Shown here: one piece after another, positions 53,391-61,768 of the stretch | Layout: each line of letters begins with the position of its first letter | Position numbering within the stretch: the stretch's first letter is position 1 | Assembly: GCA_024226235.1 (NCBI GenBank) | Contig: JAAELW010000079.1 | Coordinates: 366 to 64,365, forward strand | Direction of reading: 5' to 3' | Length of the DNA stretch: 64,000 nucleotides | DNA from: a bacterium | GTDB taxonomy: Bacteria > Myxococcota_A > UBA9160 > UBA6930 | Translations under genes and position numbers: made by a program | The notes under the pieces: model-generated | The model's database searches: none | Told to the model about the DNA's origin: nothing | What the model saw: the letters and a program-made list of their open reading frames with translations, nothing else

Positions 53391-53442
53391 GATAGCTAAC
53401 AGCGTTAAACCTTCAAGGCAGACAGGCGGATGGGTGGGCCGA

Positions 53443-54564
53443 TCAGGCAGCGTCCGCGGCGATCAGCTTGCCCAGGCGGCGTAGCTGTTGGCTCTCACCG
53501 CCAAGGGTGAGTTCGATGTGTCGGGCGTAGAGGTAGTAGCGATGCAACGGGTACTCACGGTCGACGCCGACGCCACCGTGGAGGTGGACAGCAGCCCGAA
53601 CGATCCGTGCACCGCCGTCCGCGGCCCAAGCCTTGGCGACGGCCGTCTCTGCCGCCGCGCTCTTGCCCTCGTGAATCCGCCAGGCCGCCTGGAGGGAGGT
53701 GAGCCGCACGGCCTCGGTGTCGATGAACGCGTCGGCAGCGCGTTGCCCAACCGCTTGAAAGGTGGCGATCGGCTGATCGAACTGCTTGCGCGTCTTGGTG
53801 TACTCGGCGGTCAGCCGCAACGCTTCCCGGCAGACCCCCGCGGCCAACGCTGAGAGCGCCGCCGTCGCTCTTAGAGCGATCCAGCGCACGATCTCACGAC
53901 CCTGCGACGCGTCGCCCAGCAGAGCGTCCCCTCCTACCCGTACGCCGGTAAGCGCGAAGGCGGATTCCGGCTGAGCCGAGGTCGTCTTCAGGTCTTCTCG
54001 CGTGAGTCCCGAAACCCCGGCCCTGACCAGGAACACTGCCACGTCGTCTCCCAGACGCGCCGGGACCAGGATCGCATCCGCGAGTGGGCCGGCCGGAACG
54101 CAGATCTTCTCGCCCTCCAGCACCCAGCCATCGCCCTCGGCCCGAGCCGTGGTGCCCGGCTCGTCGATCTCACGGAAGGGCTCCACCAGTGCACTGGTCA
54201 CGATCGTCTCGCCCCGGGCGATGCCCGGAAGCCATGCTTCCTTCTGGGCGTCATTGCCGAACTGCACCAGGGGCATCGCTCCGAGCACGCTGCTCTCGAG
54301 CAACGGCACCGGCGCGACGCTCCGGCCGACCTCCTCCAGGATCCCGGTGATCTCGAGGAAGCCGAGCCCCGCCCCGCCGAACTCTTCGGGCACGACCACT
54401 CCCACCAGGCCCGCCTCCACGAGCTTGTCCCAGAGCCCAGGATCGAAACGTGGGCCGCCGCTCCGCTCAGTGGCCTGAAGGGCCTCCTGGCTGCAGTGGT
54501 CCTCGAGAATCTGGCGTGCGAGCTCGATCACCGCCGCCTGGTCGTCGCTGTATCGGAAGTCCAT
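53443..54564 (-). CDS. Acyl-CoA dehydrogenase family protein (second of an adjacent pair)
   Basis: MDFRYSDDQAAVIELARQIL opening with C-terminal HLHGGVGVDREYPLHRYY. The track ORF start 54936 is spurious. Confidence 0.85.
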   Translation of the reverse strand: MDFRYSDDQAAVIELARQILEDHCSQEALQATERSGGPRFDPGLWDKLVEAGLVGVVVPEEFGGAGLGFLEITGILEEVGRSVAPVPLLESSVLGAMPLVQFGNDAQKEAWLPGIARGETIVTSALVEPFREIDEPGTTARAEGDGWVLEGEKICVPAGPLADAILVPARLGDDVAVFLVRAGVSGLTREDLKTTSAQPESAFALTGVRVGGDALLGDASQGREIVRWIALRATAALSALAAGVCREALRLTAEYTKTRKQFDQPIATFQAVGQRAADAFIDTEAVRLTSLQAAWRIHEGKSAAAETAVAKAWAADGGARIVRAAVHLHGGVGVDREYPLHRYYLYARHIELTLGGESQQLRRLGKLIAADAA

Positions 54565-54587
54565 CGTCTGTTGTCTCCACGCTCTCG

Positions 54588-55769
54588 CTAGTGCCTGGGA
54601 ATCCGAGGAAGACCCAATCCGAACAATCCGATCAGGTCGCGCTGGATTTCGTTGGTCCCGCCGCCGAAGGTGAGGATCACCAACGCGCGGTAGTAGGTCT
54701 CGCAACTGCCCTTGGCGACGGCGTGCGCCGAGCCCCGGACCAGGTAGCCCGGCTGCTCCAGCACCTCCATCATCAGCCGAAGCGCATCCATGAAGAACTC
54801 CGTGCCGAAGACCTTCGTCGACGAGGCATCCGCTGCGGACAGCGTGCCTTGCTCGGCCGACCAGGCCACCTTCCAGTTGATCAGCCGCAGGAACGAGATG
54901 CCCTTGTAGACCTTCGCCAGGTTGAGCTGCACCCAATCCTCGTCGATCAATCGACGCCCGTCGGGCAGCTCGGTCTCACGCGCGTAGGCGACGACGCTGT
55001 CGTAGCAGCCCTCGATCATGCCGGTGGAGCAGATCGTCACGCGCTCGTGGTTGAGCTGATTGGTGATCAACTTCCAGCCCCTGTTGAGGCCGCCGACGAT
55101 GTTCTTCGCCGGGACCCTGGCGTTCTCGAAGAAGACCTGATTGATGTTGTGCTCGGAGAGCAGATCGAGAGGTTGGATCTCGATGCCTTCGGTGTTCTTG
55201 AGGTCCACGATGATCATCGAGATGCCCGCGTGCTTGGGAGCCTCGGGGTCGGTTCGCACGGCGAGCCAGCAGTAGTCTGCACCCCCCGCGAGACTGGTCC
55301 AGGTCTTCTGCCCGTTGATCAGATACTCGTCACCATCGAGCTCGGCACGGCACTGCAGCGACGCAAGGTCCGTACCCGCCCCCGGTTCCGAGTAGCCGAT
55401 GCAGAACTCCACCTCGCCGGCCGCGATCTTCGGCAGATAGAATTGCTTCTGCTCCTCGGTCCCGAAGGCCATCAGGGTGGGGCCCACCGTATTGGTCGAG
55501 AGCATCGGGATCGGTGCACCACAGCGCATCGATTCGTCGAAGAAGATGAAATGATCGATCTCGCCGCGACCGCGTCCGCCGTATTGTTCGGGCCAGCCGA
55601 AACACAGCCATCCATCCCTGGCCATCTGCTTGCGAATCGCCTTGGTCCGCGATCCGAAGCCGTGCTCTTCCGCCAGCTCAGCCCGGACCTCCGGGGTCAG
55701 GAGCTTGTCGTAGTAGGCGCGCAGCTCTTTGCGCAACGCCTCCTGCTCTTCACTGTATCCGATGTACAT
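54588..55769 (-). CDS. Acyl-CoA dehydrogenase family protein (first of an adjacent pair)
   Basis: MYIGYSEEQEALRKELRAYY opening, GYSEPGAGTD, and C-terminal TFGGGTNEIQRDLI. GGAGAAAG lies upstream of ATG 55769. Confidence 0.85.
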   Translation of the reverse strand: MYIGYSEEQEALRKELRAYYDKLLTPEVRAELAEEHGFGSRTKAIRKQMARDGWLCFGWPEQYGGRGRGEIDHFIFFDESMRCGAPIPMLSTNTVGPTLMAFGTEEQKQFYLPKIAAGEVEFCIGYSEPGAGTDLASLQCRAELDGDEYLINGQKTWTSLAGGADYCWLAVRTDPEAPKHAGISMIIVDLKNTEGIEIQPLDLLSEHNINQVFFENARVPAKNIVGGLNRGWKLITNQLNHERVTICSTGMIEGCYDSVVAYARETELPDGRRLIDEDWVQLNLAKVYKGISFLRLINWKVAWSAEQGTLSAADASSTKVFGTEFFMDALRLMMEVLEQPGYLVRGSAHAVAKGSCETYYRALVILTFGGGTNEIQRDLIGLFGLGLPRIPRH

Positions 55770-55812
55770 GGTCTTTCTCCGTGGCTGCCAGTCATTCGAG
55801 GGTGAGGCACGC

Positions 55813-58191
55813 TCAGACGCCCTGCGGCCATTCGCCAATCACCTTCTCTGCTCTGAGCGCTTCGATCTGTGCGTCATCATGGCCGAGCTCGCGCAGGATC
55901 TCGGCATTGTGTTGGCCGAGCACCGGCGCCGCGCATTGCAGCCAGCTCTCGATACTCGCAAAGCGGAAGGGCACCGCCATCGTCGCCTGGGTACCCACGA
56001 TCGGGTGCGAAACCTCCTCGTGGAACCCGCGCGCAACCAACTGTGGGTGCTCGGCCAGGCTGCGAGGATCCACGACGGGGGCAGCCGGCACGCCGACGGC
56101 GATCAGCTCCGCGACGCAGCGATCGCGATCGAGGCTCGAAAACACCTCTGCCAGCCGCCGGTCGAGGGCATCCCGATGACGGTGTCGCTCCGTTAGCTCG
56201 GGTCCCGCACCGGTCGCCCAGGCCGGACGACCGAGCCAATCGACGAGCGCTGCCCACTGGGCCTCAGTGGCAACAGAGAGGGCCAGCCATTGCTGGCTCG
56301 TAGCAGGGTCGTGCCCCCTGCAGGCGTAGAGGCCCTGCGGAGCGGTCTCGGGGCTCCGGTTCCCCTGGCGTTCCATCAGGTGCCCGTGTCCCGTGTATTC
56401 GATCACCTGCTCGGCGGTGACGTTCAGAACGGCTTCCAGCATCGCGCATTCCACGAAGTGGCCGCGCTGGTCACGGTCGCACTCGGCCATCGCGACGAGC
56501 AGCGCAAAGGCGGCGTGCATGCCCGCAATCGGATCACATGGACCGCGCTGGATGCGCGGTTGGTCCTCCACGTGGCCCGTCAGCCAGGAGAGTCCAGCCA
56601 TCTGCTCCATGGTCGCCGCAAAGCCCACGAACTCGCGCCAAGGCCCGTCGAGACCAAAGGCCGGCATGCGGACGTAGTGGCAGCGCGGATTCAGCGCCTG
56701 CACCTTCTCCCAGCTGATATCGAAGCCATCCATCACCCGGGGGCTGAAGTTCTCGATCAGTACGTCCGCTTCGGCGACCAGCGACTCGAAGATCGCCATG
56801 CCCTTCGGCTGGGAGATGTCGAGCGCCAGACCGCGCTTGTTCGAGTTCGCGGAGAGGAAGACGAAGCTGCACTCCCACCAGTTCTCGTGCTGTGCGGCGA
56901 AGGTTCCGCCCACCGCACGGGCGCCGTCCATGCGCTGAACGGACTCGACGTGGATGACGTCGGCCCCGAGCGTGGCCATCATCTGCGTGGCGATCGGACC
57001 CGCCCACCAGGTCGTCGTATCGAGGATCCGGAGGCCCTGCAGGGGCAGACGCCTCTTGCCGGACTCGGGCGCCGGCTTGGCTTCGCGGGGCTCGATACGA
57101 CCCTGGTGTTCACCCAGGGCGGGCGCGGGTCGCGGAGGCTCGGGGGGCTGCCCGTCGATCCGATAGGGCAGACGGGGTCGGCGGAATCCACCGGACGGAT
57201 CCTCGATGAAGACGCCGCGCGCCCGCATCTGTTCGTGCTCGAGAACGGTCTGACCATTGCAGATCGGAGCGACGGGGATGCGAAGCATCTGTGCGAGTTT
57301 GATGATCTCCTCGCTGTCGTGCGTGTGGGTGTAGGCGTGGACGATCTCCTCCCAGTCCTCCAGCCGTGAGAGACGTTGCACGAACGCATCGAACTCGCCG
57401 GATTCGCGCAGATCCGGCCGTTCGATCATCAGCAGGAAGTCGGACATCTGCTGCGCCGAGTAGGTGGTGAAGCCGACGAAGCCATCCCGGGTGGGTTCGA
57501 TGGAGGGCGTTTCCATGTTCGGCAGCGAACCGACGACAGGCGGGCGTCCGAGAATGCCCCACATCAAGTCGAGGTAGCAGTTGGTCACCAGCGCAGTCGC
57601 TTCGTGCAGAGAGAAGTCGATGTGCTCACCGTGGCCGGTCGCCAGGCTATTCCGCACGGCGGCAAGCGCCGCCACCGCAGCGAAGCAGCCACCGGTCCAC
57701 TCGGACACGCGCCCACCCGCCTGGTAGGGCTCCGCACCAGGACGCCCCCTCGCTCCGAGTGAGCCGCTCTCTGCCTGGATCGTGAAGTCAGTGGAAGGTC
57801 GGCCGGCCAAAGGTCCCGTCAGCCCGAAGGGCGTGATCGAGAGGACGACGAGCGCCGGATGGCGCCCGCAAAGAGCGTTCCGATCGTAGGCGCCCGGCGG
57901 GAGATCCTCGATCAGGAGTTCGGCACCTGTGAGCAGCGCTTCGAACTCTTGCGAGGGGTCGTCGTCGAGACGGCCGATCACACCGCGTTTCGAGGCGTGC
58001 AGGTAGCGGAATAGCCCACCGTCCTCGTCCCCGAGCTCGGCGCTGGAGGCTGTCCACCGGCGCAGCGCATCCCCGTCGGGCGGTTCGACCTTGATCACGT
58101 CCGCGCCCGCGTCGGCAAACATCTTGCCGACGTACGAGCCGGCGATGCCGCTTGCGAGGTCGATCACCCGGATGTCCTTCAGACCCTCCAC
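55813..58191 (-). CDS. Tandem fusion of two family III (CaiB/BaiF) CoA-transferase domains
   Basis: Domain 1 opens IRVIDLASGIAGSYVGKMFADAGADVIKVEPPDG. A Pro-rich linker GQPPEPPRPAPALGEHQGRIEPREAKPAP follows. Domain 2 opens LRILDTTTWWAGPIATQMMATLGADVIHVES. The start is uncertain: the ORF is open to ATG 58341, but the first 50 residues look non-coding, so GTG 58191 is preferred. Confidence 0.8.
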   Translation of the reverse strand: MEGLKDIRVIDLASGIAGSYVGKMFADAGADVIKVEPPDGDALRRWTASSAELGDEDGGLFRYLHASKRGVIGRLDDDPSQEFEALLTGAELLIEDLPPGAYDRNALCGRHPALVVLSITPFGLTGPLAGRPSTDFTIQAESGSLGARGRPGAEPYQAGGRVSEWTGGCFAAVAALAAVRNSLATGHGEHIDFSLHEATALVTNCYLDLMWGILGRPPVVGSLPNMETPSIEPTRDGFVGFTTYSAQQMSDFLLMIERPDLRESGEFDAFVQRLSRLEDWEEIVHAYTHTHDSEEIIKLAQMLRIPVAPICNGQTVLEHEQMRARGVFIEDPSGGFRRPRLPYRIDGQPPEPPRPAPALGEHQGRIEPREAKPAPESGKRRLPLQGLRILDTTTWWAGPIATQMMATLGADVIHVESVQRMDGARAVGGTFAAQHENWWECSFVFLSANSNKRGLALDISQPKGMAIFESLVAEADVLIENFSPRVMDGFDISWEKVQALNPRCHYVRMPAFGLDGPWREFVGFAATMEQMAGLSWLTGHVEDQPRIQRGPCDPIAGMHAAFALLVAMAECDRDQRGHFVECAMLEAVLNVTAEQVIEYTGHGHLMERQGNRSPETAPQGLYACRGHDPATSQQWLALSVATEAQWAALVDWLGRPAWATGAGPELTERHRHRDALDRRLAEVFSSLDRDRCVAELIAVGVPAAPVVDPRSLAEHPQLVARGFHEEVSHPIVGTQATMAVPFRFASIESWLQCAAPVLGQHNAEILRELGHDDAQIEALRAEKVIGEWPQGV

Positions 58192-58255
58192 CCAGGCTAC
58201 CGACGTGTCTCGCGGGTCATTCCCTCTCCTCTCGGACTCCAGCCTTCGGGCGATT

Positions 58256-58297
58256 GAATCGGACGAGAGTCTGAAGTATCGTACGCTTGTCCGATTC
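58256..58297. promoter_or_regulatory. 9-bp inverted repeat pair in the divergent TetR / CoA-transferase control region
   Basis: GAATCGGAC (58256-64) and GTCCGATTC (58289-97), separated by 24 nt. A second inverted repeat, CAGCAG-n9-CTGCTG, lies just downstream. Confidence 0.35.
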
Positions 58298-58378
58298 GCC
58301 GGGCAACCATCCGATCCGTCCACCTGCAGCAGTTCGCCCATCTGCTGGAGGCTGTTGCAAGGGAGGGGGCCACGTCGC

Positions 58379-58999
58379 GTGTCGAAGGCGCCCCTCGAAC
58401 TGCTCCAGACCTACCGCCGCACCCAGATCCTGAAAGCCGCGAGCGAAGTGATCAGCGAAAGCGGTTACGACCGATCCTCGGTCGACCAGATCGCCAAGCG
58501 CGCCGGTCTCAGCCGCAGCACCATCTACGAGTATTTCCCGTCGAAGGACGAGATCCTGAAGGGATGCTTCGCCGCCCAACGCGAGGATCTCGCCGAGTCG
58601 CTGGCCCGACGCATCGACCGCGCCAGCGGAATGGAGCAGCAGCTCGCGGCCTTCTTCGAAATCTGTCTGTCACGAGTCGACCGGAACCGCGAGTTCTTCC
58701 GGGCGATCGCGTTCCCGATCCCCCTCTACGAGGCCACAGCCCAGGAAGGGCCGGGCAGCACGGAGTTCGCGCTGGTGCTCAAGAACTTCAACGACGAAAT
58801 GGACCGGATCCTCGACGACGGTCTCGGGCGAGGCGAACTCCGGCAGCCGGTCGGGCCAGCGGAGCGGGACAGCCTGGGCACGCTCCTCGTGGGCGCGATG
58901 AGCGCTCGGAGCCGGCTCGACGCACCGCCTCCGATCGAAGAGTCGGCCGCCTCGCTCGCGAGCTTCGCCCTTCGCGGCCTGGGCTTCGCGCTCGACTAG
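58379..58999 (+). CDS. TetR-family transcriptional regulator
   Basis: GTG at 58379 is preceded by GGGAGGGGG. HTH block YDRSSVDQIAKRAGLSRSTIYEYFPSKDEIL. Confidence 0.85.
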   Translation: MSKAPLELLQTYRRTQILKAASEVISESGYDRSSVDQIAKRAGLSRSTIYEYFPSKDEILKGCFAAQREDLAESLARRIDRASGMEQQLAAFFEICLSRVDRNREFFRAIAFPIPLYEATAQEGPGSTEFALVLKNFNDEMDRILDDGLGRGELRQPVGPAERDSLGTLLVGAMSARSRLDAPPPIEESAASLASFALRGLGFALD

Positions 59000-59058
59000 C
59001 ACACTCATTCGCCGACGATCGCGATCGATCGCGGCACCCTTGACCCCTCGAATGGACG

Positions 59059-59634
59059 ATGACCGAAACCGAAATGGACGAACTGAGAGAACGACTCGAG
59101 AAGTACGTCGGCAAGCCAATGGGCGCGGCGGCAGTTGCACCCGACCCGGTCAACCTGCCGATGATTCGGCATTGGGTGGCCGCGTTGGACGACCAGAACC
59201 CCGTGTACCTCGATCAGGAAGCGGCAGCCGGGAGTCGCTTCGGTGGGATCGTCGCCCCTCCGGCCATGCTGCAGGCCTGGACGATGCCCAGCCCCAAGAT
59301 CGAGGGCATCGCGGAGCGCGGCGGTGCGCCCAGGGAGAGTCGGGGCGAGAATCCGATTTCCATTCTCGACGAGGCCGGCTACGTCGGCACGCTGGCGACC
59401 AACTCCGAGCTCGAATTCCTCCGCTATCTGCGGCCGGGCGACCACCTCCACACGACCATGGAGCTCGAATCCATTTCGAGCCGCAAGAACACCAGCCTCG
59501 GACAGGGCTACTTCATCACCTGGGTGACGAACTACTTCGCGGGCGACGAGGAAATCGTGGGCAAGCAGCTCTTCCGCATTCTCAAGTTCGACCCAAGCAG
59601 CATCGACCCCAGCAGCCTGAAAGGTTCAGGATGA
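59059..59634 (+). CDS. Hot-dog fold protein, MaoC N-terminal-like (ChsH-type hydratase subunit)
   Basis: 191 aa. VNLPMIRHWVAALDDQNPVY and hot-dog-like beta segments. Its stop overlaps the next gene's start (ATGA). Confidence 0.7.
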   Translation: MTETEMDELRERLEKYVGKPMGAAAVAPDPVNLPMIRHWVAALDDQNPVYLDQEAAAGSRFGGIVAPPAMLQAWTMPSPKIEGIAERGGAPRESRGENPISILDEAGYVGTLATNSELEFLRYLRPGDHLHTTMELESISSRKNTSLGQGYFITWVTNYFAGDEEIVGKQLFRILKFDPSSIDPSSLKGSG

Positions 59635-60056
59635 AGACCGCGATCCCCAGTAGCAACGTCAAGGTCGGTCACGAGCTTCCCGAGTTCGCGCTTCCGGTCA
59701 CCTCGACGGTGATCGTCGCGGGCGCGATCGCATCGCGCGACTTCATGCCCGCACATCACGATCCCGAGTACGCCCGCGGTCAGGGAGCACCTGACATCTT
59801 CATGAACATCCTCACGACCAACGGCTACGTTGCGCGCTACGTGACCGATTGGGCCGGGTCGGAGGCGATGATCCGCACCATCCGGATCCGACTCGGGGGG
59901 CCCGCGGTCCCGGGCCAGCTCCTGCGCTTCACGGGGCAAGTGACGGCTGTGGGTGAGGAGGCCGACGAGCGAGTGATCGAGGTGACACTTCGCGCCGTCA
60001 ACGATCTCGGTGAACACGCCACGGGGACCGTCGTGGTCACCCTGCCGCTCACATGA
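59631..60056 (+). CDS. MaoC-like (R)-specific enoyl-CoA hydratase subunit
   Basis: 141 aa. SRDFMPAHHDPEYA resembles the MaoC hydratase motif. There is an ATGA overlap on both sides. Confidence 0.75.
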   Translation: MKTAIPSSNVKVGHELPEFALPVTSTVIVAGAIASRDFMPAHHDPEYARGQGAPDIFMNILTTNGYVARYVTDWAGSEAMIRTIRIRLGGPAVPGQLLRFTGQVTAVGEEADERVIEVTLRAVNDLGEHATGTVVVTLPLT

Positions 60057-61276
60057 CTGGACGCAAAGCACACATCGTCGGCGTCGGAGAGACGCTCTAC
60101 ACACGCTGGGGCAAGATCGGCGACGTGACGGAGCACGCCCTCGCATGCCAGGCGATCGGTCGCGCCGTCGAGGACGCGGGGCTCGACCTATCCGACGTCG
60201 ACGGCCTCGCTTCCTTCGCCGAGGACCGCAACGAGGCGACCTTCCTCGCGGCGGAGCTTGGGCTCCCCTCGCTGCGCTTCGCCAACATGGTTTGGCTGCC
60301 CGGTGGAGGAGGTGGCTGCGCCGCGGTGGGCAACGCGGCGATGGCAGTGGAAACCGGCCAGGCCGAAGTGGTCGTGGTCTACCGTTCGCTCTGTCAGGGG
60401 CAGTTCTTCCGCTTCGGGGCCGCGGGCAGGGACCCGACAGCGCCGGTCGATCCGGCCCCGCCGACCGTCAAGCCGGCAGGCTCCCTGATGCTGGCCTCGA
60501 TGGGCTTCGCCATGCCCTACGGCCTGCTGATGGCCGCTGCCGCCTACGCCCTGCCGACCCGTCGCCACATGCATCTCTACGGCACCACGACCGAGCAGCT
60601 CGGAATGTTGGCAGTGACCTTTCGGGAGCACGCCAGCCGCAATCCCCGCGCGGTGATGGGCGGGCGCCCGATGACCTTGGCCGACCACCAGGCTTCTCCG
60701 ATGATCGCCGACCCGCACCGCCTGTTCGACTGCTGCCTCGAAAGTGACGGCGCCTGCGCCGTGGTCGTCACCACCGAGGAGCGCGCACGCGATCTCGCGA
60801 AGCGGCCCGTAGAGATCCTCGCGAGCGTGCAGGGTGCACCCAAGGGCTACGGCTTCGGCCCCTTCACCAACGCCAACATCGCCGACGAGATCTACGCTAC
60901 CGGCGGCACCGAGGAGATGGCGAATCGACTCTGGGAAAAGGCCGGTCTCGGCCCGAGCGATGTCGACGTCGCCGAGATCTACGACCACTTCACCGGCTGT
61001 GTCCTGATGCAGCTCGAGGACTACGGCTTCTGCAAGAGAGGGGAAGGTGGACCCTTCATCGAGAGCGGCGCACTCGCCTGGCGAGGTGGAAGCCTGCCCA
61101 CCAACACCCACGGCGGAAGCCTCTCCGAGGCCTACATCCACGGTCTCAACCACGTCGTCGAGGGTGTCCGCGCGCTGCGCGGTGAATCGACCAGTCCCGT
61201 CGAGGGCGCCGAAGTCGGCCTCGTCACGAGCGGAGCCTGCGTTCCATCGAGCGCCGTCTTGCTCGGGCGACGCTAG
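60053..61276 (+). CDS. Thiolase-fold lipid-transfer-protein (Ltp)-type enzyme
   Basis: KAHIVGVGETLYTRWG opening. GGGGGCAAVGNAA retains a Cys, but the C-terminal block reads NTHGGSLSEAYIHGLNH (no GHP), as in Ltp2-like aldolase/thiolase proteins. Confidence 0.8.
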   Translation: MTGRKAHIVGVGETLYTRWGKIGDVTEHALACQAIGRAVEDAGLDLSDVDGLASFAEDRNEATFLAAELGLPSLRFANMVWLPGGGGGCAAVGNAAMAVETGQAEVVVVYRSLCQGQFFRFGAAGRDPTAPVDPAPPTVKPAGSLMLASMGFAMPYGLLMAAAAYALPTRRHMHLYGTTTEQLGMLAVTFREHASRNPRAVMGGRPMTLADHQASPMIADPHRLFDCCLESDGACAVVVTTEERARDLAKRPVEILASVQGAPKGYGFGPFTNANIADEIYATGGTEEMANRLWEKAGLGPSDVDVAEIYDHFTGCVLMQLEDYGFCKRGEGGPFIESGALAWRGGSLPTNTHGGSLSEAYIHGLNHVVEGVRALRGESTSPVEGAEVGLVTSGACVPSSAVLLGRR

Positions 61277-61284
61277 GGGAACAG

Positions 61285-61728
61285 ATGAGCGAGCGTTTCT
61301 TTCCCGACAGCATGCCGCCGCCGCTGGCGGATTCTACGACGCTCCCCTGGTGGGAGGCAGCAGCGGATCATCGCCTGGTCGTGCAGCGCTGCACACCGTG
61401 TGGGCACACCCGCCTACCTCCGGCGCCCATCTGTCCGGAGTGTCGATCCACCGAGTCCGACTGGCAGGAGGTATCCGGCCGCGGCCGTGTCTACACCTAC
61501 ACTGCGGTCCACCGGCCGATCGCCGCCGGACAGGAACTGCCCTTCATCATCGCGGTGATCTCGCTCGAGGATGCCGGCGGTCTGCGGATCATCTCGAACC
61601 TGGTCGGCACCCCACCCGAGGCGGTCACGATCGACATGCCGGTCGAGTTGGTCTGGGAAGACATGAGCGCCGAGCTGTCCATTCCACGTTTCCGCCCCGT
61701 TCCGACCCCCCCTTCCGATGAAGACTGA
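61285..61728 (+). CDS. Stand-alone DUF35 zinc-ribbon/OB-fold protein
   Basis: CTPCGHTRLPPAPICPECRS ribbon followed by the OB segment GRGRVYTYTAVH. Confidence 0.8.
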   Translation: MSERFFPDSMPPPLADSTTLPWWEAAADHRLVVQRCTPCGHTRLPPAPICPECRSTESDWQEVSGRGRVYTYTAVHRPIAAGQELPFIIAVISLEDAGGLRIISNLVGTPPEAVTIDMPVELVWEDMSAELSIPRFRPVPTPPSDED

Positions 61729-61768
61729 TCACTGATGGCTGGAAGATCCCCCCCCTGCAGGAGAAGAC

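Noticed and set aside
58192-58341. N-terminal 50 codons of the longest ORF for the tandem CoA-transferase
   Set aside because: The sequence is Arg/Ser-rich and non-homologous, preceding the canonical family III N-terminus, and it overlaps inverted repeats and the divergent promoter region. GTG 58191 is preferred, although it lacks a clear SD, so the start remains uncertain.
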